From NCBI GenBank assembly GCA_000004985.1, contig GG738854.1: DNA of 64,000 bases; one strand, 5' to 3'. Source of the DNA: Naegleria gruberi (lineage: Eukaryota). This document shows, piece after piece, positions 12,343-21,801 of the stretch. Every line of letters starts with the position of its first letter. Positions within the stretch are counted from its first letter, which is position 1. A program made the translations under genes and the position numbers. The notes under the pieces were generated by a model that saw only the letters and a list, made by a program, of their open reading frames with translations, did no database searches and was not told the origin of the DNA.

Positions 12343-12709
12343 ATATTACTGTACATATATTAAGGTGTAAATAACAATAATTGAATGAAATACAAAGCAA
12401 TCGAAATCGAATAACAACTGTAAACTCCTCATTGTCTAAATATTCAACTATAAACAATTCCAAATTATCATAATGTTAATTAAAAAGTCTTGCAGTTCCT
12501 TTATTTAGATGTTGAAAATTTAGACTCTTCATTCCATGGACATCGAATTATTTGAATTTAGAGAGATTAGTGAATTCAGCAATTCTCAAGAACAAAAGCC
12601 AACTGTGGTATATCACAATTTGACATTGTTCTTTCGTTAAGACTCACTTGATCAGTTTGAAATTCAAACTAATTAGGGATGTCATGATTATGAGAGTTCA
12701 TTTTCTTAG

Positions 12710-13057
12710 TTAGCCAGCATTTTCTCTAATTCTAGAGGAAACGCAAGGAGTAGGTTGAGGAAATAGCCAGACTAAACAAGAAAGAAGGGCACATACTAAA
12801 ACTGTGATGACAATAATTGAAAAGGCACCTTTAGCGAATGGTAGCCAAACCTCTCTGTAGATAATTTTACCTATGAGGATTCCAATATCTTCCTTTGGAA
12901 TCTGAAAGAAAACTGTCTGATTATTATTGTTGATTACAGTGATGATATTGGTGGCAGTAGTTTGATTATTGATTATTATCGGATGATGGTTGTGTTCGGT
13001 TGTATGTACAAGAACAGTAAAAATGAAAAGTAAAGTAAAGAGTAGATTTACAGGCAT
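12710..13057 (-). CDS. small single-pass membrane protein (hypothetical)
   Basis: ATG at 13057 is preceded by an A-run on the coding strand. Predicted signal peptide 'MPVNLLFTLLFIFTVLVHTTE' and a later TM 'AFSIIVITVLVCALLSCLVWLF'; 115 aa. No recognisable family. Confidence 0.3.
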   Translation of the reverse strand: MPVNLLFTLLFIFTVLVHTTEHNHHPIIINNQTTATNIITVINNNNQTVFFQIPKEDIGILIGKIIYREVWLPFAKGAFSIIVITVLVCALLSCLVWLFPQPTPCVSSRIRENAG

Positions 13058-13384
13058 TTTTTTGTGATAAAGATACCAGTAACTGTTTGATAACCGATAT
13101 TTAATACCAAAATGGTGAGGTGGGCACTTGGATACAAGAAATAATTTGGAAGCCTTGGTATCCACCTTTTGTTCAAAACAAATTGAATAAATGAAAAATA
13201 CTATTGTAAAGTTTTGAAGAAATCAAACTAAATAGTTTGTGTGGGAAAATGGTAAAATCAATTTTGTAAGCCAATATTGTCTATCACATCCAAGTACTGT
13301 TGGTTGAACATGAAGAATACTAAAAACAAGTTGTGGATGTTCACACATTAGTTTATTAAATTGAGATGTTTTAAACACACTTGC

Positions 13385-14309
13385 TTAAAACCGTTCGAGA
13401 CCGTACAAGTCCATTGTTGTATAGTTAGCCCAAGAATCACAATTGGAAACATTATCTATAGTCGTCGTCATTGGAATAGTCTCAGGAAATGAATTAGTTG
13501 ACAGCTGGAATGATTGATTCATTCTAATGGTTTGCAAAAATTCAATGAAAGAATCACTCATATTAATCTTTAGCTCACCTTGGCAACATTCTATTTTACA
13601 ATCTTCTTGCTCATCTGTTTTTGGTAACCTATTACAGTTGCCATTTAGCATGATTTCCTCTTTTGTATTGAAACCATCTGAGGAAAGTGATTGTAAAGTA
13701 GTAGTACCTGTCGTTGTCGTCGTACTCTGGGAAAGAGGAGAATTTGGATTGCTATTCACGGTATTAATTGGAAACAAAACAGCTTGTTCGTAATTGACCC
13801 CACTTGATGTGTTAAAATTGTTTGTTGAGGAGCATGTATTATCATGATTACAATATTGATGCCTACAGTCAAGAGGATATTGTTGATGGAGATGATGAAT
13901 ATTAGAGTAAGTGAGACTGCTGTTGCTATTACTACTTCTTGGTGATACACTAAAGTGGTTAAAGTAGTGTTGGTGATGGTGATTTGGAGAAATGGTGGTT
14001 GTGGAACTTATTCCACTTGGAAAGGTTGGGTGTTGTGGAGGTGTGGTTGATTGTTTCTTCGTCTTCTTTTGATGATATCTTGATGATGCTCATGAATTTT
14101 AATCGATCTTTTGTCGTTTCGTCCAGATCTTTTAGTTTAGTTTCGTGTCTGATTTTCTGTTCTCCTACTCGTAATTCAAAGTAATTTTGTCTAAAGTTTG
14201 TGTTATTGATTTCCTTCTTCAATTTTCTAATCCCTCCTTTGCAGTCAATTGGTGGTGTGAATGTTGTGGATGATGAGTCATCTGACAACACTTTCTGTTT
14301 ATTTGTCAT
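13385..14309 (-). CDS. hypothetical protein, apparent +1/-1 frameshift between two reading frames (possible pseudogene or sequence error)
   Basis: ATG at 14309..14307 (A-rich context) opens frame A, which ends at TAA 13959 ('..KFHNHHFSKSPSPTLL*'). Frame B is open from about 14090 down to the stop at 13385 and has no ATG before residue 'EEIMLNG'. The frames overlap in a His-rich tract (13959-14090). No AT-rich GT..AG intron is available, so a single gene requires a frameshift. Confidence 0.35.
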
Positions 14310-15220
14310 GGCTGGTTTAGGTTTTAAAGGTTTTTTTTTAACAGTCCAAATGTGAAATTCACTTGTACGGTTTCGTCTAAATACTTTCGGCAGCACCGGC
14401 GCAAACAAAGGAAACCCTCAAAAAACATGGATGAATGATGGCAAACCTGGAAGGGTACTTTGTGTAGATCAACAAGAATATGAGCCACCAAACAAGTTTG
14501 CAAAGCAATACGTTTCTACTGCAAGCTCAGCAAAATAATCTGCAACACATAAATTATTCGATATTACCTCTGCATATGATCATTTCGTTACATTCCCAAA
14601 CTCAAACCTTACCAAATCACAAAGTAGAAAAAGCAATTTTGGGTTGTGAAATTGGTCTCTTGCCATTTTTCCCGAATTTGTGATATCATAAACATCAGAG
14701 AACATTAACAAACTGCAATGATATCAATATTAATTCTTTCTTTGCATTGTCCTTTGGGTCTCTTCTTACGCGCACAATCTGCATTGACTCTTCGTATTTG
14801 CTTTAGTCAAAAACAGATTTTTCTATTCTTGTTAATAGGACCAAAATAACCTCATTAAGGATTAATATATCACTAACTGAGTGCCTAATCAAGTCGGTAC
14901 TTGAACGGTTTTTTGTCCTTACTGAGAGGTTGAGCAAATTGAATGTGTATGACTCATTATTTTGTTCCATTAAATTAGCTTGATGTTTTTTCTTCCCACA
15001 TGTTAAATGATTTAATTAAGTTATGGTGATGATGATGAATTTGACCAGCTGATAGAGTCATTTTCATGATCAAATACATCCCGATTCATTCCTTTCTATA
15101 CATATAATTTCATTACCACAACAAACAATAAATTCATAAAGTGGCAAAGTCAATATTTTCCTAATTGCTTGCCAAATTCCAATATTGGAGAAATACATAG
15201 ATGATAATCGCCATGATGTT

Positions 15221-15769
15221 ATTATTACCAGGGTTCTCCACAGGGTTAATAATTAAAAAGGAAAAGCTGGTTTTGTATTGAGCTTGTATTTTTTTGGAAC
15301 AGGTAAATAGAATTGTTTTGGATTGTGTGTTTATTGAAAATTTTGTTGGGATGAAGTGGGTGTTTTCACCGGAGCAGCAGTTTGCATGTCCGCACAAGCA
15401 AACGCCAGCGTGAAGGTCTGGTTCTTGGTAGCTGTGTGCTGATAACACCATCCAATCAACAGCTATGATACATCATCGTGCAAATGAAAATTTGAAATTT
15501 TCAACATTACGTCAATTGACTACTAAAATTATTATTTGTCTATGTTGATGATATTTGTATTAATTGATATGATTCAATAATATTACTCATTCCGAAGCTT
15601 TACATCACAGTACAAGTAGCCACGTAACAAAACTGCATCCACAACAAATTCATTTTTTATATTTGCAACGGCTAGCGATGGCGGTACGCAACTAAAACAG
15701 AACTATAACGAAAAGCTTGATACCAATCGGCAGCAAACTGCTGCTCCTGTGGAGAACCCTGATTATTAC
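15221..15769. mobile_element. non-autonomous hAT-like MITE (533-bp element plus 8-bp target-site duplications)
   Basis: Left TIR 15229-15244 'CAGGGTTCTCCACAGG' is the exact reverse complement of right TIR 15746-15761 'CCTGTGGAGAACCCTG' (16/16). Immediately outside both TIRs is the identical 8-mer 'ATTATTAC' (15221-15228 and 15762-15769). An 8-bp TSD and a TIR starting CAGNG are hAT hallmarks (compare Ac 'CAGGGATGAAA'). The interior is GC-richer than the flanks and has no transposase-sized ORF. Confidence 0.6.
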
Positions 15770-16099
15770 TCTGTCCAGATCTAAAAAAGGGTAAGTAACG
15801 TCAAGATTATATTATTATTTTCCACTTGCGATTTACTAGTAGGAACAAATGCAAAAGTGGCCCTGAGGGTACATCCCATTAAGAACATTGATTACAATCT
15901 TTGCATCCGTAGTTGAAGAAGGTGGGAAGTCGAGTCTTTTTGTTTTATTAAAAATAAATTATTAATAATTTAATTTTTAAATGCTATAATAGAGAGCAAA
16001 ACGATTAAGGTTCAATTAGAGGAGAAGATTAAAGAGGAATTTTAAGAAATAACAATATTCACCACGGTGATAAAAATATATTTCAAATTTTACAAAAAA

Positions 16100-16993
16100 A
16101 TGTTTAAATTGCAAAATGTACTTTTTCTTCGGAATAATTTATTTGGATTGAAATTAGCAAGAATTAATGCACAACAACAACATCAAATGCATACAAAATG
16201 TTCTCAACAAGCTTATACATGGAAATCGGAAATATTAGCAAATGAATTTTCACTATTGACTGATGAAAAGATGAATTCTGCTCCCTTCCGATTTATTCAA
16301 CCCTTGTTGAGACACTTTTCGGAAAGAGTTAATAATATGGAGAATGTTGGAGGTTTTAAAGAACCAATACCTGTTCAATATTTAAATGATTTGAGTTGTT
16401 CAATGATGAAGAATATTCAATTTTCAACAAGCATGACTGATGATAGTGAATGGTTTAGGAAATTAAAATTTGTGGATCAGGACTTTATTATGGCCAATGT
16501 ATCGTCCGAAAAATTGGAAGAAGGGTTTTGGTATGAGAGGCATATTTGTGAAACGAGTCAAGTTCCTACTCGATTCAATAATTTGCACGATTTTTATGGG
16601 TTTCTGATATGGATGACCTTTCCAAAGACAAAGAGATTGTTCAATTTGTTGCATAATCAAAACATGTTGGAGAGGGATAATCCACATTGTAAGAAGAGAT
16701 CACCCACACAAAATTTCCTTACACTTTTTGATGAGTGTGGTGTGTTGGTGTGTATTGAGGAAAATCATTTCGAGGAGTTGAAGAGTTTGCTATACAACAT
16801 GGAATTTAAAGAACTATTTTGGAAGAGGAGAGAGGTAGTGGAGGAAAACATGCTGTTTATCAATTTTGGACATTCAATATTGGAAATGCTTACAATGAGA
16901 CCTTACATTGGATATACCACAAAGTTTACAGCCGTACCTGTTAATTCTGAAACATGTAAGTCTTTAATCGCCAACTTTTGTTCACAGAGATAG
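16100..16993 (+). CDS. conserved hypothetical protein
   Basis: ATG at 16100 in 'tacaaaaaaaATGttt'; the track ORF's first codon at 16067 is GTG. Complex, non-repetitive composition ('..FNNLHDFYGFLIWMTFPKTKRLFNLLHNQ..'). A 3' extension into the 16978..17247 ORF is possible via a 38-nt intron (see findings). Confidence 0.5.
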   Translation: MFKLQNVLFLRNNLFGLKLARINAQQQHQMHTKCSQQAYTWKSEILANEFSLLTDEKMNSAPFRFIQPLLRHFSERVNNMENVGGFKEPIPVQYLNDLSCSMMKNIQFSTSMTDDSEWFRKLKFVDQDFIMANVSSEKLEEGFWYERHICETSQVPTRFNNLHDFYGFLIWMTFPKTKRLFNLLHNQNMLERDNPHCKKRSPTQNFLTLFDECGVLVCIEENHFEELKSLLYNMEFKELFWKRREVVEENMLFINFGHSILEMLTMRPYIGYTTKFTAVPVNSETCKSLIANFCSQR

Positions 16994-17296
16994 TTAGGAA
17001 TATTCACTCAAACATTACAAATAGCCCCTCAAAGGAAATTGATAACCTTGTGGAGTGTTACAAAACTTTAGATAATATTGCATTGGATTTATTTCAAAAT
17101 CAGAAAACATACGACATTGATATTCAAAACACAAAATCTTTACGCCCATTACCTGTCCTAGGAATACCTCAATGGTGGCCAAACCAAAACGAAGATTTCT
17201 ACAACAATCAACAATATTTCAGAAGGAAGCCAGAATTAAACACATAAATAAGGCAATATGACGCGAAATTTGCCTTTCGGGAGTATAGAATGAGCA

Positions 17297-17369
17297 GCCC
17301 CGCTAGCTCAGTCGGTAGAGCGTTGGACTTTTAATCCAACGGTCGTGGGTTCGAGCCCCACGTGGGGCG
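17297..17369 (+). tRNA. tRNA-Lys (anticodon UUU)
   Basis: Acceptor stem GCCCCGC/GTGGGGC (one G-U pair), D-arm GCTCAGTCGGTAGAGC (A box), anticodon loop CT-TTT-AA, T-arm GTGGG-TTCGAGC-CCCAC (B box), discriminator G. 73 nt, no intron. Followed by the run 'gcaattttttttttgc' (Pol III terminator, 17375-17386). Confidence 0.9.
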
Positions 17370-17639
17370 GTTGCAATTTTTTTTTTGCGCCTTAACGTTT
17401 TTTTGAGAGTTCTAGCATTTGTTGAAACTCTATTAAGAAAAAATAAGACAACATCTTGTTCTAAGGAACCTGCTGTTATTAAGAAATCCGCTCTGCAATT
17501 AATACCCTTGTTAATTACAGAGAAATCACACAATACAATAGAATCAAATTGGTTAAATTGTGATTAAGCTCCATCACCATTTCGAATTATATTCAATTCT
17601 ATATAATATTATTATTCAATCCTAACCACTCGGAAGAAC

Positions 17640-18947
17640 ATGGTCACTCTCAGATTTTGTCTCTACGATTTTGCTTCATCCCTCGATGAATTGAATATGA
17701 AGCACAGAATGTTAAGCCTAATTAATCATTCTCAATTTTCTGATATTTCCCTCCAATGTCAATCCCTTAAAAGCACTGATGAAGAAATTCGGTTTGAATT
17801 TCCGAAACTCTTCACCACCAGAGACTGGACAACAAGAAGAGAAACAATTATATGGACAAACTTTGGTGAAAGCCTGGTACTCATTGCTCAAATCCATAGA
17901 AAATCATTTCCTCTCTACTCGATTATCATTTCCCAAATTTTAAAGCAATATGAAATGTTTACCAATTCAAAAGATCTTTGTGTCCATTTCAATCCGTGGT
18001 TACATTCGGATAAGATTGTTGATATTGATATTCCTAGATACCTTCCATTGAGCAATCCATTCCTTTCCTATTCAAAATTTAATAAGGAAAGATTTCAGAA
18101 ATTGTTTGGTTGTGTATTTGGAGATGATGTATCATTCATGCCTGAATCTGTGCAACAATTACTTAGTTCAAAGAGAAATATCTTTAATGCAAGTCCTATT
18201 TCAATAGGAAACCTCCATCAGAGAACAACAGTTCTCTCCAAGCTTATTACCCTTCCTCATTATGATCCAATTATGGAAGATTTGATTGAGTTTTTATATG
18301 AAATGTGTTATGATTTGAGTCCATTATCGTTTGTGGTTGGAACGTCTGCTAATCATGATTTGGCTTTAATGGAAAGAGATGTTTTTCAATTATTGGTTGA
18401 TCTGGAAAGTCCTGTTCTAGGTTTTGGAGATACCAATAATCCAAAATTTAGGAATAGATTATCAACCATTCTTAGATTATTAGAAAATGAAGATGATTTT
18501 AATTATTACTTTACTTCAAAAAGAAGAAAACATGTAGAAACTCCAATAGATAATAGTGATATTTATTATCTTTCTCAAATTTCTCAATATATTGAGATGC
18601 CTTCCAGATTACATACCCCAACTCTGAGGACGAATCAAGAAGAAAAGTATTTAGAAGCAAGTTACAAGTTAAAAACTGAAGTTGAGAATAATGACAGATT
18701 TGTAAATGCTCCTCTCTTAAATTATAGAAGAAAGGTTGCAGAAAATGTTAAAAAACTGAGAACAACAACCTTTAGCGAATATCCTAAAGTAATCAAACTT
18801 GCCCTTAAGACATCAATTGCTAGTAGTTACAGACGTGACCATTTAGTTGGATTAGGAACTCATTATGGCACCACAATATTAGAGGTAACCAATAGACGTA
18901 AATTAGAGTATAGAATTTACCAACTCAGAAAGTTTTTGGGTTTTTGA
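17640..18947 (+). CDS. hypothetical protein (435 aa)
   Basis: ATG-initiated ORF with coding-like composition and no recognisable domain motifs by eye. Confidence 0.5.
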   Translation: MVTLRFCLYDFASSLDELNMKHRMLSLINHSQFSDISLQCQSLKSTDEEIRFEFPKLFTTRDWTTRRETIIWTNFGESLVLIAQIHRKSFPLYSIIISQILKQYEMFTNSKDLCVHFNPWLHSDKIVDIDIPRYLPLSNPFLSYSKFNKERFQKLFGCVFGDDVSFMPESVQQLLSSKRNIFNASPISIGNLHQRTTVLSKLITLPHYDPIMEDLIEFLYEMCYDLSPLSFVVGTSANHDLALMERDVFQLLVDLESPVLGFGDTNNPKFRNRLSTILRLLENEDDFNYYFTSKRRKHVETPIDNSDIYYLSQISQYIEMPSRLHTPTLRTNQEEKYLEASYKLKTEVENNDRFVNAPLLNYRRKVAENVKKLRTTTFSEYPKVIKLALKTSIASSYRRDHLVGLGTHYGTTILEVTNRRKLEYRIYQLRKFLGF

Positions 18948-18949
18948 GA

Positions 18950-21061
18950 TTACAAATCGTCAACTCCATTCACTATAACTGCTTCTTTCTTGTGGAGGTC
19001 ATAGATATGCTTCCACTCTGTGTATTGTTTAGTTCTCCTCAATCTAGAGAATGTATCATAAATGTTCAGAGCAAGCTCTGGTAGTAAAATATTGAGAATA
19101 TCTTGTCTATTGAGAATGTACTCATCTGGTAAATTCTGTTGATCCATTTCAATACAGAATTGAAGATAGGCCTTCCTAGATCTAGCACTTATGTTGACCT
19201 CAAATTTGGCATAACTTTTGATGAAGGTGTGGAATATATCTTTCATTCCAGCAACTGATACCTGTTTAGAATAGTCAGCAATCATTAGTTTTTCAAAAAG
19301 GAGGTAATTTTCATAGGAGCTTTCATTAATAGAGTACTCTTTGAAAAGCTCTCTTACATCCTTATTCGCAACTAAAATCCTTTCAATAGCCGTAATATCT
19401 TTCGATTCTGTACTGTTGTGCTTTGAATTGGAACCTCTTCTCCTTACGAAACCTCTTATTGAATAATAAATCTCAATAATCATTGCATTACCACCATAGA
19501 AGAAGAACATTACGAGCGCAATCGCTATTCTCACTGCCAAATTTACTGAAGTAGCCGATGATGAATTATTTGGTGTAATAATAATGAAAATAACCAGCAA
19601 GATCACAATGGCTAAGAAAACCATGAGGTCAATTCTGATATAAGCTGGATCATCAAAGAGTAAAAACTTTGCCAATCCTCCCTCCTTAATATTCTTCCTA
19701 TTGATTATCATATCAATTGCAATGCACAATAGAGCAAAGAAACATCCAATCAGAGTAATAATGAAAATATACAAGGTGAATGAAATGAATATCTTGTAAG
19801 GATCCAATACAATGATAATTACAATTGGTATCAGCAAAATCACAGCAAATATCACTGAAAATAAGAGAACCAACACAACTCCAACTGTACTCGATGCAAG
19901 TCTCCTCAGCACCTGAGTATATCTTCCATTCAGTTTCCTGATGAGAACATATAAATTTCTCAAATAAATCCATCTCACAATACTGAGAGCATACACCAAA
20001 CACATTATATTGAACACAAACAATGATGCCAATGAGCTAGCAGTCGCACAATTCACTCTAAACGGAGCTGTCCACAAATTGGTATAGAGAAATGCACAAG
20101 CTGGACATAAATACGGAATCAACAATCTTCTCTTCAGTGAAGGTCTCTTAAACATTCCAAATAGAAAGAAAACCACGTAAAATGAAACATAAACAAAGAA
20201 CATGGTATAATTGGAGAAATCTAGTGGAGTAAAATCGGAATAACTCATACATGCACTTGTGGAACAGTCAGAACAGGTTGCATTCCACAGGATCATTTCA
20301 GATTGATGACTTTGTATGAATTCTGAAATATTCCTTTCGTATAATAATACTTGATTGACAATATTCCAATCAGGTGTTAATCGAATAGATCGAATTCTTT
20401 CAATTTTAGAAATATCCTCTGTTGAGAAATTCAGAAAATTTCTTCCTCTATCCAAAACTATCATGTCATGTAAATTCGAAACTTTACAATCATTCGAATA
20501 TAAAATCAAATTCGTCCTCGTATCCACCTCCTTCTTTAAAATTGAAACTTTCTGATCTAATCCCCCAGAATCAACAATTAACTGCGAAGGAAATATTGGA
20601 AACATTACAAAATCCGAAATTTCATAACCCTCCTTTCGAATACTTTTCTTGGGCGAAATATAACGATTCCTTCTCACTGCAAATGTAAAAACACTAGAAG
20701 GTGCCAAAATTCCATCATAATTATCAAAGAAATGTCCAATAAAACAATCCGAATAGAAATAATCAACTTGTACAAGTGACATTTTGAAACTGGACGAAAC
20801 TTCATTCCAAATCTGAGAACAAGGTTGCGAATTTTGACAAGCTATTCGAAGGTTTGTGTGATTTGCAATTCTATCATTTAGAATAAACAAGGAGAATGTA
20901 TCAAATGCTCCAATAATTTTAGAATTATTTAAAAGATTCGAATAGAATATTGTACTGTTTTCTTGGCCGAAAGTAAAATATTTCATCAACACAGTGATTG
21001 TGATAATCGTCAGAAATGCGTCAAATTTGATGGGCCTAGTCGGTATTAGTATTAGATTCAT
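18950..21061 (-). CDS. 7TM receptor fused to a C-terminal RGS domain (AtRGS1-like architecture)
   Basis: ATG at 21061 follows an 11-A run on the coding strand; the track's 21094 start is TTG. N-terminal signal peptide 'MNLILIPTRPIKFDAFLTIITITVLM', an ectodomain of about 270 aa, seven hydrophobic helices, then the RGS motif 'ELFKEYSINESSYENYLLFEKLMIADYSK...EVNISARSRKAYLQFCIEMD'. Confidence 0.65.
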   Translation of the reverse strand: MNLILIPTRPIKFDAFLTIITITVLMKYFTFGQENSTIFYSNLLNNSKIIGAFDTFSLFILNDRIANHTNLRIACQNSQPCSQIWNEVSSSFKMSLVQVDYFYSDCFIGHFFDNYDGILAPSSVFTFAVRRNRYISPKKSIRKEGYEISDFVMFPIFPSQLIVDSGGLDQKVSILKKEVDTRTNLILYSNDCKVSNLHDMIVLDRGRNFLNFSTEDISKIERIRSIRLTPDWNIVNQVLLYERNISEFIQSHQSEMILWNATCSDCSTSACMSYSDFTPLDFSNYTMFFVYVSFYVVFFLFGMFKRPSLKRRLLIPYLCPACAFLYTNLWTAPFRVNCATASSLASLFVFNIMCLVYALSIVRWIYLRNLYVLIRKLNGRYTQVLRRLASSTVGVVLVLLFSVIFAVILLIPIVIIIVLDPYKIFISFTLYIFIITLIGCFFALLCIAIDMIINRKNIKEGGLAKFLLFDDPAYIRIDLMVFLAIVILLVIFIIITPNNSSSATSVNLAVRIAIALVMFFFYGGNAMIIEIYYSIRGFVRRRGSNSKHNSTESKDITAIERILVANKDVRELFKEYSINESSYENYLLFEKLMIADYSKQVSVAGMKDIFHTFIKSYAKFEVNISARSRKAYLQFCIEMDQQNLPDEYILNRQDILNILLPELALNIYDTFSRLRRTKQYTEWKHIYDLHKKEAVIVNGVDDL

Positions 21062-21801
21062 TTTTTTTTTCTGTTGAAATCTGTCAGTGCTCAAGATTAG
21101 TGAAATCTCCTTTTGACATTTTGACGACAGGATAGTAAAAGGAAGCGAATTAACGATTGTGCTTTTTCAAGAAAGAATCTGGATAAGCAAGTTAGTCTGT
21201 AATAGAGAACATGTTTACAATACATATTCATTATTCGAAACTTGTTGTAAACTAAATATGTTTTTCTCAAACACAAATGTAACATTAAGGTTTCTAAACA
21301 AGATCACAAAGGAAATTCGAAGGCTAAATTCCCCTGTCTTTCGAATAAAAATATGCGGTTTGGTTGACCACTTCACATTTAGTAATTTTTCTGAGCTACA
21401 TATTTGGAAATTTTATTGCATATTCGAAATATTGGTTCGGCTTTTCAATTTTTAAAAAAACTTCTTTTGAAAAAAACTGTCGCAAACTTGCAACTGAAAT
21501 TCGTCCAGTTTCGAATTGGACTTTTTTTACACATTTTGAAAACAAACTAATCTTAGTTTGTAGAACTTATTCGCATTTAGAAACTAGTTCCAGAAGTTGA
21601 TAAAAAGAAGTCAACCACATCGTATCTGTGATATTCGAAACCTGTCAATTCAATTAGCAATACAAAAAAAAAATCTAATTAGTCCACCATCAACGACAAT
21701 TGACACTTCATCATCTGGATAACCCAACATACTAATATTATTACTTTATACAAATTTTGTTACTACTCCATCCAAGTTTCGAATAACGTTTTTCAAAAAG
21801 A
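21062..21801. promoter_or_regulatory. divergent intergenic/promoter region between the 7TM-RGS gene (-) and the ankyrin-hemerythrin gene (+)
   Basis: 740 bp with no credible ORF, flanked by head-to-head start codons and A/T-rich with homopolymer runs. The small track ORFs here (21097..21600) are AT-rich and non-coding-like. Confidence 0.3.

Noticed and set aside
17303-17533. 76-aa minus-strand ORF overlapping tRNA-Lys
   Set aside because: The translation contains the 'RWIKSPTLYRLS' / 'GARTHDRW' pattern produced by reading through a tRNA gene. This is spurious; the same artefact appears at 60028..60423 ('AQSVERWTFNPTVVGSSPTWGG').
21097-21600. Small ORFs 21097..21285, 21159..21455 and 21364..21600 between divergent genes
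   Set aside because: They are AT-rich with no start context, overlap each other in different frames and have low-complexity translations. They are interpreted as a bidirectional promoter region.
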